Shown here in pieces: positions 1 to 16,159 of a DNA stretch of 64,000 bases; the first letter of the stretch is position 1; each line of letters begins with the position of its first letter. The stretch comes from Neocallimastix sp. 'constans' (Eukaryota). Under the pieces are notes generated by a model. That model worked only from the letters and a program-made list of their open reading frames with translations, searched no databases and had not been told where the DNA came from. The stretch is from positions 1 to 64,000 of the forward strand of contig JBODTK010000142.1 of NCBI GenBank assembly GCA_050613775.1, given 5' to 3'. The translations under genes were made by a program, and so were the position numbers.

Positions 1-155
1 AATTAAAATTAAAAAAATTATTATTATATACAAAATATTGTTATCATATCATAATTAAAAGCTATTATTAATATTAAAATTATTTATTTATTTAAAAAAT
101 ATTTTATTATATTTTATTTTATTTTATTTTTTTTTTTTTTTTTATTCTTTATTAG

Positions 156-394
156 AAAATACCACAAAATACAAATGGTAAATAATATTTATTATTATAA
201 TTAAAATTTTCAAATAGTTATTTAGTTTTTTAGTTATTTAGTTATTTATTTATTTATGTTTATTTATTTACATAGCTATACCTAATAAGATTTACAAAGA
301 AAGAACTGAGCTTTACGAATTTTTATTAAAATATTTCCCAAGTTCTATGAAAGAACCATTAGAAAATTTAGTCGATTTAGTTCCAATGTCATAA
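156..394 (+). CDS. 3' end (last two exons) of an unidentified protein-coding gene that begins before the window
   Basis: Exon 156-177 (22 nt, after ...ttag, before gtaaat) splices in frame to exon 276-394 (after ...catag), giving KIPQNTNAIPNKIYKERTELYEFLLKYFPSSMKEPLENLVDLVPMS*. Splice phases match and GC is higher than the flanks. Not in the ORF track; family not recognised. Confidence 0.7.
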
Positions 395-598
395 CATAAA
401 AAAAAAAAAAAGTTCAATTAATAAACAATTTAATTAGTTTATTAAATAGTAAAATTAAAAATAAGAAATTAAAATAATAGAAATAAAAAATTAAAAATTA
501 AAAAAAAAAATAATAATAAAATTAAGACTTAAATAAATAATTTATTTAGAATATATAATACTTATGATATTAAACGTATTTATTATATTAAAAAAAAA

Positions 599-633
<35 letters not shown>

Positions 634-1365
634 ATTAAAAATATAAATTAAAATGAAAGTTTATAAAAAAAAAAAAATAAATATAATTAAATAGAATAAA
701 AAATATATATAATAATAACATTAAGTTAATAATATTAATTTATTAAAGTTTAATTAATATAACCGAATATAAAATAAGAATTTAACAATTATTAAATAAT
801 AATAATGATAATAAATAAATAAAAAAAAGTTATTGTCAATTTTTTAATTTAAAATTTATAGATAAAATTTTTGGTAATATATATGGTTGACTAACAATAT
901 AAATTATCAAAATCAACTTTTATAAATATTAATATAAATTTTATTTATTTATTCATTCATTCATTCATTTATTAACAAGTAATGATTACCATAAAGTAAA
1001 AATTTTATTACAATTAAAAAATAAATATATATCCATAAGATAAACTTTTTATTTAGGTATTACTTCAGTTAAATATTTAAAACTAAATTTTTCATCAAGA
1101 CATGCTTTTTTTTTTTTTTTTTTTTTTTTTCGAGTATTTCTTTCTTATTTTATTTCGTTTATTTCTTTTTTTTTTTTTTATTATATTTTAATATTTATTT
1201 TTATATTATACATTTCATTGAAATATATTGAATTTAAAAGTATTTTAAATTTGATTCAAAAAAAAAAAAAAAAAGAAAAGAAAAGGAAAAACATTTTTTA
1301 TTAAAATTATTTAAAATAAAATTTTTAATAAGAAATTAAACAATTTTTATAGATTAAAAATAACT

Positions 1366-1413
<48 letters not shown>

Positions 1414-1752
1414 ATTATTTATTAATAAATTAATTCTTTAATATGTATAATTAAAACAATAAAATATAATTTTTTTAAATAAAAATTTATACTATTGATT
1501 AGTTAGAAAAAAAAAATCTTTATATATATATTTTTATTCCTCCTCTAATATATTATAATTAATATTTGTTAAATTATTCAAAAATAAATTATAATGATTG
1601 ATTTATTATTAATTAAATCACTTTTAATTTCTTTTTTTTTTTTTTTTGGTTTTTTTATATCTTTAAATTTAATTATATTGATTATAGTATTAATTTAGTA
1701 TACTTTTTTCTTTTTAAGCAAATTAAAAAAAAAAAAAAAAAAAATATTTAAT

Positions 1753-3413
<1,661 letters not shown>

Positions 3414-3477
3414 TTTTGATAACTTTTATTAAATATTTAAAAATTTATTAATAAGTTTAAATGTTTATTTAAGCGTG

Positions 3478-3518
<41 letters not shown>

Positions 3519-4399
3519 AAAAAAAAATATAATAAAAATAAAAAATAAAATTAAATTCAATAAGGATTATTAATTCATATTAATTCAGGAAAAATTTTAG
3601 GAATATTAAACTATAGACAATTAATTTTCATATATTTTTATTTTCAAGTTTTAAGATATTATTAATAATACATATAATTTATTAATTAAATCAACAATAA
3701 ACTTTATAAATTGATATATTTAAATAGAATATATTAAAATAAAGTATATTATATTAAAATATTAACAACTTTTTTTTATTATATTCCATTCCATATTAAC
3801 TATTGAAGTATTATATTATATAATATTATATTGTATATATAATAAAATGAAAATACAAAGTATCATAAAACCTTATAAATAATAATAATAATAATATTGA
3901 ATAATTTAAGAAAAATTGAACCATTAAAGAAAGATATAAAATATATTATATATATTGTATATATTATAAATACTATATACATATAAACATATTATTATAT
4001 ATATTACTTTACATTTATATAAGGTTTTTATTCTGTATTATAATATTAATATTTAAGATTTATACCATTAGTAACAAATCTATTTTATTTTAATATATAT
4101 TAGTCTATTGAATGTATTGATATATATTTATATGTTAATGTATCACTAAAAATTGACACAATACATGGTTCAACCAATAATATTATAACAAATTCTATTA
4201 AATCTTTATTATAAATAATTAAACTATTCCACAATACATGATATCTGAGATTCTTTATTTTTTAAAAAAAAAAAATAGATGTTCTTTTTTTTTTTTTTCA
4301 AATATAGACCATTCCGTATTAATGATTGGAAAGTATTTATATTAAAAAATAAATAATAATAATAATTAAACAAAGAAAAAAAAAATAAAAAAAATAAAT

Positions 4400-4500
4400 A
4401 TAATAATATAAATAAAATTAAATATAATGAAATAAAATAATAAAAATTAAATATAATATAAATAAAATTAAATATAATGAAATAAAATAATAAAAATTAA
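4400..4500. repeat. Tandem duplication of a ~50 bp AT-rich unit
   Basis: aatataaataaaattaaatataatgaaataaaataataaaaattaa occurs twice in succession. Confidence 0.75.
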
Positions 4501-4566
4501 TGGGTAAAAGTTTTAATATTAATATTAAATAAATATTAATTTACTTGTTCTACTTCAATAATATTA

Positions 4567-4670
4567 TTTAGAATAGGAAAATTTTAACTTTATTATAACT
4601 AAGAGATTGTAAAAATTATAATTTTTACAATCTCTTAGTTATAATAAAGTTAAAATTTTCCTATTCTAAA
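4567..4670. repeat. Perfect 104-bp palindrome (52-bp arms, no spacer)
   Basis: tttagaataggaaaattttaactttattataactaagagattgtaaaaatta|taatttttacaatctcttagttataataaagttaaaattttcctattctaaa; centre between 4618 and 4619. Confidence 0.95.
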
Positions 4671-5489
4671 CAAACAAAAAAATATAAATATCTATATAAA
4701 TATACAATGAATAATATTAATCTTCTGTATATATATTTTATTACAAAAAAAAAAAAAAAAAAGATTAAATTAATACAAAAAAAGATTTCCATAGATTTTG
4801 TAGCAAATTAATCTTAAATAATTATAAAATATAGTTGTTTGTGTAAATATTCATTAATTAAATCTATTATTTCTAAAAAATGAAAAAAAAATTTATTATA
4901 TGGATTTGATTAATTTATTTATTATTATTTATTTATTATTTATAATATTTTTTATTATTTATTTATATATTTATTTATTTATTTTAATATTTATTTATTT
5001 AGTTAGTTATAAATAAAATTATTGTAATAAATAAATATAAATATATATATATAATTATTTTATTTTTTTATGTTTTTTTTTTTTTTTTTTTTTGATTTCT
5101 AATAAAAAAAATAGTTAATAATAACAATAAAAATAAGCTAGTTTATATTTATATTTATTAATATGTTGTGCAAAAAATATATATATAGATTTATATATTT
5201 TTTTTGTATGTATAAATATTATAATTATTGGTTAATTTGGTAATCATATATATTCAAATTAATAATAAATAAAAACAGATAAAACAAAATTATTATTATT
5301 ATTATTATTATTATTATACTATGAAATATTATAGTAATTCATATAATTATTTAAGTGTTTTTACTTTATTTTGTTCTATTTTTTTAGTTTTTTGTTTTAT
5401 TATTATTTTTTGTTTGATTATTTAAACAAATAAATCATTAAAAAAAAAAAATAAAAATTTAAAAAAAAAAAAAAAAGCTTTATCATGTT

Positions 5490-5757
5490 TTATATTTATT
5501 TATTTATTTATTATTTATTTATTTATTTATTTATTTATTATTTATTTATTATTTATTATTTATTATTTATTATTTATTATTTATTATTTATTATTTATTA
5601 TTTATTATTTATTATTTATTATTTATTATTTATTATTTATTATTTATTATTTATTATTTATTATTTATATTTATTATTTATTATTTATTTATTATTTATT
5701 ATTTATTACTTATTATTGATTATTGATTATTGATTATTGATTATTGATTATTGATTA
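5490..5757. repeat. Compound microsatellite: (TTTA)n, (TTATTTA)n, (TTATTGA)n
   Basis: Read directly from the sequence; accounts for the spurious ORF 5485-5733. Confidence 0.9.
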
Positions 5758-5880
5758 TTTTTTTTTTTAGACTTTCTCACATGATTTCTACATCATTGGT
5801 AGGTCACATGAGTGTATTTTAAGGAACAGATCCTTACATGCCTTATCATTTTGACGTCGACGCTCTACTACCTCTAAGAA
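5758..5880 (-). mobile_element. Very short 5'-truncated non-LTR retrotransposon 3' end with poly(A), inserted in a microsatellite
   Basis: GC-rich island; atgccttatcattttgacgtcgacgctct matches 28771-28799 (LINE ORF C-terminus). On minus it ends ...GTCT(A)n. ttattgattatt occurs on both sides (possible TSD, but in repeat context). Confidence 0.7.
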
Positions 5881-6515
5881 TTATTGATTATTGAATTATT
5901 GATTATTGATTTATGTTTATAAAATTATTAAATTTATTGGACCAAATTGTATTTCTATACAAATTTTAATAAAATATATAATATAAAAAAATAATATAAA
6001 TTAAAAGTATTTACTTTTCATTTACTTTTCTTAGAACAAAATAATTTTATAAAAATATATAAAATATATATATATATATTAAATAAAACATATATATAAA
6101 AGTTATATAAAAGTATTTTTATTAATATTGTTTTTATATTATAAACTTAATTAAAATTAAATTAATAATATATAAAACATAATAATCCACCTTTTGAACT
6201 ATTTATTATTATAAAAAAAAAAAAAAAAGAAAAGATAAAATATTATATATATAATTAAAAAAATTTACAAATCTATAAATATAAAAAAAATAATAATTTA
6301 TAAAATTTTTAAAGTATATTATATAGAGAGAAAGAGAAAGTTTGTGTGTATGTATGTGTGTTTGTACAAAGAGTATATATAATTTAATGATGAATTTTTT
6401 TTATCATGCTTTTTCGGTTGTCCTTATACTTTATTTTTTATAATCACCTACTATTTTAATAATGTAAAAAAAACTCACCTTTTTCTTTATTTTTTATTTT
6501 TAAAAAAATTAAAAG

Positions 6516-7420
6516 TTTTTTTTTTTTTTTTTTTTTTTTTTTTGTTCTTATAGACATAGAATAAACTTTATTTAATAATATTTATTAAAAAAAATACATA
6601 AAAAGAAAATATGTGAAATTTTTTTTTTCTATTAATATTAAAAAACTACGTTTCAAGTTTAGAGGATAAAATGATCTCTAACTCTTCCTATTCATCGAAG
6701 ATGACTTCATATGAACATGTGGATTATAATTATCATTCTAATCTGTATCAGAATATATTCCTTTCCTTATTATTTTACTCTCTCGAAAAATAATTGAAAA
6801 ATATTATTAATAAAACGCTTTCTTCCCCTTGAACCGATTGATCTTTAAAATTTTATATATTGTATTTCCACCAAGAAAGATACACAATATGTAAAAAAAT
6901 TAATATTATCATCAAAATCTTTCTCTAGCTATTGAAGGTATAATTAGTTCCTGAGATGTATTATAAATAGTTGGTATTGGAAATCTTATTTTTAAACCAA
7001 AAACTCTAAAGCAAACATCGATTAAAAAACAAACAGTTTGAGCTTTTTTTAAATGCTTTTTTTTTTTTTTTTTTTTTTTTTTTTTGATCACCAGTTAAAT
7101 CTAAAATAATAAAACAAAAGAAGTAACATCACATCATTAAAATAGATAGTGTGGTATCCACTAAACTCTCCCCTGAACCACAAGAAAGATCATCAAAAAT
7201 TGAATTACTTACTTTAGGTTCTTTGTTCCGAACTGTCTTGTTAAGTAAATGTGTATTGATGAGAATTAACAGGACTTCGAACTGTATGTTATTTCTTTGC
7301 CACATCGGTATTACGTTGGCACTCTTGGTTTTTTTTTTTTTAGACAAGGAAGAGAATACACTTCCATAAATTTATTTATTTTATTAAAAAAAAAATGCAT
7401 ATAAGTGAAAAGTACATTTG

Positions 7421-7471
<51 letters not shown>

Positions 7472-8195
7472 CAAAAATACTATGTATTTCGGCAAGTTGT
7501 ACTATGCGAGAATTTTCCCTTCCTAATAAAAAAAAAAAAAAAAAAAAAGTTCCACCAAGAAGGAGCATGTATATATAATGATTGATATAATCATCAAAAT
7601 CAGAAATAGAGTCATAGGAAGAAAGAAGATTAAACACTCTAATTCCTCCAAAGGATTAAATATGGAGATCATCGATGAAATTTAAAGAATTCCATCTAAA
7701 AGATGCAAGAGCATTGCATTGAAAAATCCAATGTTCAAAAGATTGATTATCTTCACCACAACAGGAGCAAGTCTTGGGACAATCTTCTGAAATTCTATCC
7801 ATTCTAATAGCAATAGTAGTATTGTATTTATAACCACAGCTTAAACGTATAATCCACGAAAACCCTTAGTTGAATTGGGGATATTTTAAGCAAAGCATAA
7901 TTATAGCTTTATTATTTGTGAACTTGTTACTATCGTAGTGTTGACCTTTAATACCTTTAAATTTGGAAACTGATTGGTAATGAAAGAATTTTGGCTAAAC
8001 CTCTCAAAAAGTAACTAAATAGAGCTATTAGTGATTGGTATTGTATTAACAAGATATTCCGCAAGGCCCACAAATAAAACATCTCATTCCATTTTATAAT
8101 TTAAATTAATAATGTCTGAATCTCCTCTACCAAGAAGAAAGTTATATAATCGTTACCACGTCACATATATATTTTCACACTCATTATTCAATAAC
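6516..8195 (-). mobile_element. Cluster of nested, decayed non-LTR retrotransposon 3' fragments
   Basis: Minus-strand translation gives CPKTCSCCGEDNQSFEHWIFQC (zinc-finger-like) and YMLLLGG (7550-7800). 6590-6950 is homologous to 19745-20200, 28590-28760 and 59720-59880; 8000-8190 is homologous to 13090-13290. Poly(T) tails lie at 6516-6543 and 7329-7341. Subsegment 7086-7330 is an inverted homolog of 18703-18937 of uncertain family. Confidence 0.75.
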
Positions 8196-8694
8196 ACTTT
8201 CATTATAAATATTTAATTATTTTAAGTCTCTATTCATATCTATTTTCTTTTATTTTATTTTATCTTATTTTATTTTATTTTATTAGATTTTATTAGATTT
8301 TATTATGTTTTTTTTTTTAGAAAAATTAGAATATTTATTTATTCCTTTTTTTCCTATTTCATTTGGTTTTTTTTTTTTTATTTATTTATTTATTTATTTT
8401 TATTTATTTATTTTAATTTATTTATTTTTATAAATTTTTATTTTGAATTTTGATAAATTTATGATTCTTTTGCATTTTCTTTTTTTTTTTAATTTTGGTT
8501 TTATTATTATTATTAAAGTATAGCTTTAAATTTGAATTAATTTATTTATTAAATAAAAATAAGGTTATAATATATATATAAAACTTAACAAAATAAATAA
8601 AACTCTATGATATTTCTTTTTGTTATATTTTATATATAAAATTAAAACTTCGGTAAAAAAAAAAAATCTAAGAGCTTTAAAAAGAATAATTAAT

Positions 8695-9414
<720 letters not shown>

Positions 9415-11437
9415 TTAATCTTTTATAAATATTTAAATAATATAATGAATTTATTAGTAAATATTTATATTTTCTTTAATATATTTATTTATTATTTATT
9501 CAAATATTTATTTCTAATATATTCCATCTATTTTCATCATCTATTTTCTTTTCTTTCTTTTCCTTTTTTTATATATTTCATAAAAATTAATATTTATTTT
9601 CATTTTTATAAATAGTCTGATATTAAGTACATTTTCGTTTATTATTTTGGTCCTACTTAAAAAATCTTTTGTTTATTAATTTAAAATTAATGTAAACAAA
9701 AATAAATATATAAAATCTTTATATCGTTTTTATATTGATTTATAACATTTCCTATATTTCCTTTTATCTTTCCATAATAAACCTTTTATTCACAAACTTC
9801 CTTATCAAATTAAAATTACTGTAATATAAAATATAATATTTTAAAATTATATAATCGATTTATTTACCTTTTTATATTATTACTTTAATAAAAAAAAATT
9901 AAGTAAAGTTTAGAGAAAAAAATTTTTTTTTACTTTTTATTTATGTTTTGTGAATTGCAATATTATAATTAATTTATTTAATAAACAATATTATATTTAC
10001 CAATTATATATTTATTATATAATATATTTATTAAATATTTGATAAGTAATTAAATTTTATGAACACTAATATAAAAATATACATACTAGAATATGCCATA
10101 ATGAACAATATATATTAAAATAATATTTATTAATATACACAAATTATAAAATGTAAAATTTTTTATAATAAAAAACATATATATATATATATTTTTTTAT
10201 AAATTATAATAATTAAAAATTGATTTTATAATAAAATCCTTTAAATTTTCATATATATAATATTATGATTATAATAAAATATTATAAATATAACATAAAA
10301 AATACATTAAATATATTGTAAATACATATATTTTGTATTATTTTTAAGCAATCAATTATAATTTCGACAAATCATTATATATATTATTAATTTATTTATT
10401 TTCAACTTAATTATTTTTATATATTAATTTATAGATATAATATATTATAATATGAACAAAAAAGATATATAAAAAGTAATAAAAAGTAATAAACAAATAA
10501 TAAATTTCCATGATATAATATTTTTTCATTTTAATACATTTTTACTTTATGGCTTGAGTTTGAATAAATTATTTATAACAATAATGTATTTCTATGTTTT
10601 TGCTTTATATTTAAAAAGATTCTGATACATTAAATAATGATTTTTAAAATATATGGCTTTTAATATATGGCTTGACTTTTATTAATTTTGATCTTAAATC
10701 CGAAAGAAAATCTTAATTTAAATTAGATTTTTTACATAATTATTTCCTTTATTTCATTGATTTATTGTTTTAATTATTTAATTATTATTTTTTGTTATTT
10801 ATTATTAATTTTTTATTATTATTATTAAATTGTTCATTCAATTGATTACTGAATTTAATGCTTTTAGATATTTATTAAAGAGTATTTATATAATATCTAT
10901 GAAAGCCATATTTATCTATTATTTTAATTAATGGTAAAACACATAATGATAATAATTCAAGTTTATATGTAAAATTTCCAAATTTTAATAAAATCTTTTT
11001 TTTATGAATTTTACTTTTGATTATATTAAAATATAAAAGAATTTTATGTTAGATGAAATAAAATTACTATTTATTCAAAAAAAAGTTTAAAAGAATTTTT
11101 AATTAATGTATATATATATGTTTAAAAAAAAAATAAAAATAAACTCATAATATTAATATTATTTTTTGCAATAGAAAATATATTTAAAAAGTATTAATGC
11201 TATTTCTTATAATTTTTATTAATAATTACAAAAAAAAAAAATTATTAATATTCAATATCATCAATAATATTAAATATTATTATAAAAACAAAAAAATAAT
11301 AATAAATTTTTTTTTATTTTTATTGAAAATGGAATAATTACAAGGAAATGTGTAATGATTAGTTAACCTCTTATTTTAATATTATATAAAATTTCGATTA
11401 TAATAAATTTTTTATATATTTATATATTTATTTATTC

Positions 11438-11625
11438 ATATTTATTTATATTTATTTATATTTATTTATATTTATTTATATTTATTTATATTTATTTATA
11501 TTTATTTATATTTATTTATATTTATTTATATTTATTTATATTTATTTATATTTATTTATATTTATTTATATTTATTTATATTTATTTATATTTATTTATA
11601 TTTATTTATATTTATTTATTTATAT
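11438..11625. repeat. 10-bp minisatellite (TTTATTTATA)n
   Basis: About 17 consecutive units read directly. Confidence 0.9.
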
Positions 11626-11714
11626 TTATTTATTTATTATTATTATTACTATTTATTTATTTATTTATTTCATATGGTTTGAAATAATTACAAATGTAAT
11701 TAATATAGAATATT

Positions 11715-11865
11715 AAGCATAAAAGAGCGCCAACGCTGAAACACTCAGTAAGGTCGTCCAGTAGGACAATACTGTCTTTATAAAAAAGAAGTGAGTGACT
11801 ACCTTAATATTCCCACTGCTCCTGAGAGGGAGGACTGAAACCAAGAGCATTACACACCTTTGAAT
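11715..11865 (+). mobile_element. Isolated 3' end (ORF tail plus 3' UTR) of a non-LTR retrotransposon
   Basis: Encodes KSANAE..VRSSSR, matching RSVNAENAVRQTSR of the 12991-13287 ORF. The downstream part aligns with the reverse complement of 20605-20700 (gtgactacct.aat.tt.ccactgc.cctgag...tgaaacc). Confidence 0.65.
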
Positions 11866-12691
11866 AAATATTAAGTATAATAAAAGGATTAGGTTTTTAC
11901 AATTTAATATTTTAAATATATTTTTCAATAATATTATTATTGAAAAATATTATTATTTATGCTACAATTATATAATATTTTGATGTATAATTAATTTTAT
12001 TGTAATTGATGCTAATTGTTATTATAAAGGAATATTTCTTATATAATAAATTAATATAAAAATTTCACACCAAATAATAATAATAACTACTTCGTGAATA
12101 ATTACTCTTTTATTTTATTGTATTACATATTTATTATAATTAGTTATATTAAACTCACAAGATTTCTTTATAAATAAGCATTATATTTTTTATTTAAAAT
12201 TTTAAATAAAAAGTACAATATTTATTTTAAATTATATTTTCAACTTACTAATTAGTATAATAAGTTATAGTTCATAATATTTATAAAAAGAAAGATTTTA
12301 TTAGAATTTGCTACATTAATAGTTTTTTATATCAGAATATAAAATAATACATTATTATTATAAAATGCAATAATTACTAGAATGCAGAATAATGTCTTAA
12401 TGTTTTAATTTTTCTAATTAAAAAAAAAAAAAAAATTAAAACATATTACTAATTTATATATATATATATAAATTATAACAAACTATAACTTTATTATATA
12501 AATTATTACATAATCTTTTTTAGTTATAATTATTTTGAATGAAATTTTTTTTTTAGACTTTGCATGAAAATAATTAAATATTTATATATATTTTTAAAGC
12601 TGCAATTATTTTGAATTTTCACACATTGTTCTCTTCTTTTTGTCCTGATATATTGAAAAGCAAATTTCTTAGAAACTTCGTAGGTAAAATA

Positions 12692-14410
12692 TATATATTT
12701 TTTTTTCATAGCCGCAATTATTGGGAACTTTAATCTTTATTTATTTATTCTTATATAAAATACATGAATACTTTTAATTTTAATAAAAAATAAAAAAAAC
12801 ACAGAATTAATAAAATAAATAAATATTATATGTTCAATTTGAACATAATAATAAAGAAATAGTAACCTGAAATAAAAAGTAATAATCAAAAATAAGTGTA
12901 TAAATAAATTCAGAAAAAAGTTCATATGTAACGAACCTCACCTCCTTATGGATTAGGGTTTGAATTGACTATCTAAAAGAAATTATGGTCTTATCCTTCA
13001 GAGGCATTGGCCCTGCTAGTCTGTCTTACTGCATTTTCAGCGTTGACGCTCCTTGTTTGTTTGCGCTTATACTTTCGGAATAGTAACCCTTGCCGAGTAC
13101 TAGCCCTAGGTATAATTTCTGTAAAGAGAGCCGCAGATCGCACCAAGAATGGCGTTTTTGAATAATCACCAGAAATGATTTGGTTCTTAAACAAAATATT
13201 CCATTCCTTTTTATAATTTAAATCTTTTATATCTGCATCCCTTCCACCAAGATGAAAGTTATATAATCGGTACCACATCACACTCATTATTCAGAAAATT
13301 ACTTAAATTACCTCGATTTTCACCAATTGAACTATTCACTAAATTAGAAGTAACGATATTATAATTTTCACTATTACTAATATTAATAATTCTATTTTCA
13401 CTATCACTATTTCTACTATTATTAACAATATTATTTCTATTGTTAATATTATTAATAATATATATCTCGTTACTACTATCAGAATCAGAACTTAGTTCTA
13501 TATTATTCATATCTGTGATAACAGTGTCAACATTACTATTAGATATTGGACAATATTTAGAAATAATATAAAATATTATAAAGAATTTCAATATCCTTAA
13601 AATATTTCATTCCAAATTAACGGAAAAGATAGTATTTAGAAAACCAATGTTTCAATCGAGGATTACTACTTTTTCTATAACAACAAGGACACCTTTCAGG
13701 ACAGTCTTCTTCAATCATTTTGGCGGCTTTGGCAACACGAGCATCGAATTTATATCCACATCTGGCACGAAGAACCCATCGGAAGCCAATACTAAATTCA
13801 GGATATTTATAATTTAGCTTAAGATACTCTCTAGTTTTCTCATAATTATTATTTTTATAAGCCTTAGCTTTGATTGATTTTCCTGTCATATCTCTATCCC
13901 AGTAAAAATTTAAAATAGCTTTTTTTTGATGGAAATTTATCTAATTTATCAGCTAAAATTTTACTTTCTTTATCCCATGCATGACGTCTACAACGAGATA
14001 TATCTCTAAGTAAATTAGAGATAATACATTTCGAGTTTTTCCATTTTTTAAAACACCTTACCTGAGCAATCGCACATTTCGCCTAAAGAGGAGGAATGTT
14101 AAGTTCTTTAGAAACACAATAAAGGGAAGTAAAGCTATTCCCTTTAGAAAATCCTTCAATCCAGTATAATCCTGAATTAACTAGTGTCTGTATACTTCTC
14201 GTTCTATCTTTATTAGATCCAAGTAGAGGTGCATAATATGAAACTTGTCCAATTACTATAGCTGAAAATAACATTCTTTTATAAGGGATAGGAATATGAG
14301 GATTCTTAAGAAATCCTTTAATGGAATAAAGTGCATTTCTAACTTTATTATTCATTCTCTGTATGATCGGTTTCAATTCTAAATCATTTGAAAATGGGGT
14401 ACACCTAAAT

Positions 14411-14445
<35 letters not shown>

Positions 14446-14736
14446 GCCGCAATTATTGCGAACTTTAATATTTATTTATTTATTCTTATATAAAATACAT
14501 GAATACTTTTAATTTTAATAGAAAATAAAAAAAAAAACACAGAATTAATAAAATAAATAAATATTATTTGTCCAATTTGAACATAAAAATAAATAAAATA
14601 GTAACGTGAAATAAAAAGTAATAATCAAAAATAAGTGTATAAATAAATTCAGAAAAAAGTTCATATGCAACGAACCTCACCTCCTTATGGATTAAGGTTT
14701 GAATTGACCTAAGTAGGTATAGCAATTCGTTTTAGG
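12692..14736 (-). mobile_element. 5'-truncated, frameshifted non-LTR retrotransposon with duplicated 3' UTR, bounded by a 14-bp TSD
   Basis: TSD tcgtaggtaaaata at 12678-12691 and 14737-14750. The ORF relic starts near the RT YLG motif (~14400), followed by YYAPLLGSNK, CPERCPCC...HW, HLGG and RSVNAE. The ~265 bp 3' UTR occurs at 12708-12969 and again at 14443-14708, each with its own poly(A) (poly(T) on plus). Confidence 0.88.
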
Positions 14737-15439
14737 TCGTAGGTAAAATAGTATCTTTAGAGTTAAACTAAATCATCCTTTTAAATTAATACCAGAAGTT
14801 CTTTTCTTAATAATTCTGTAAACTTATATTTAATACAAGCAACATAATCACTCTTTTAATAATAATTAATGTTAAATGTTAAAAAATAATAATAATAAAA
14901 AAATATATATATATATATATTTATATTAAAATAATTACTTAAATAAAACTTCATACAATATATATATATGATATATGATATTTAAAAACACTTTCATCAT
15001 AATATTTTATTTAATTTTTTAATTTTTTTTATTTAATTTTTTATTTATATCTATTTCTTTTATTTTATTTTAATAAGATTTTTAGTTTTTTTTTTTTTAG
15101 AAAAATTATAATATTTATTCCATTATTTTTCTTATTTCCTTTAATTCTTTATTTATTTTAATTTATTTATTTTTATAAATTTTTATTTTGAATTTTGATA
15201 AATTTATGATTCTTTTGCATTTTCTTTTTTTTTTTAATTTTGGTTTTATTATTATTATTAAAGTATAGCTTTAAATTTGAATTAATTTATTTATTAAATA
15301 AAAATAAGGTTATAATATATATATAAAACTTAACAAAATAAATAAAACTCTATGATATTTCTTTTTGTTATATTTTATATATAAAATTAAAACTTCGGTA
15401 AAAAAAAAAAATCTAAGAGCTTTAAAAAGAATAATTAAT

Positions 15440-16159
<720 letters not shown>

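Noticed and set aside
5485..5733. 82-aa hydrophobic ORF
   Set aside because: Translation of a (TTATTTA)n microsatellite.
11815..11850. Hammerhead ribozyme (CTGAGA...GAAA), also in 20610-20640
   Set aside because: The core is not CUGANGA in either copy and no stem II forms between the motifs; kept only as a generic structured-RNA candidate.
12708..14708. True LTR retrotransposon, given the 265-bp direct repeats
   Set aside because: The repeats lack TG...CA ends, PBS and PPT, each ends in poly(A), the internal ORF is LINE-type, and the TSD is 14 bp.
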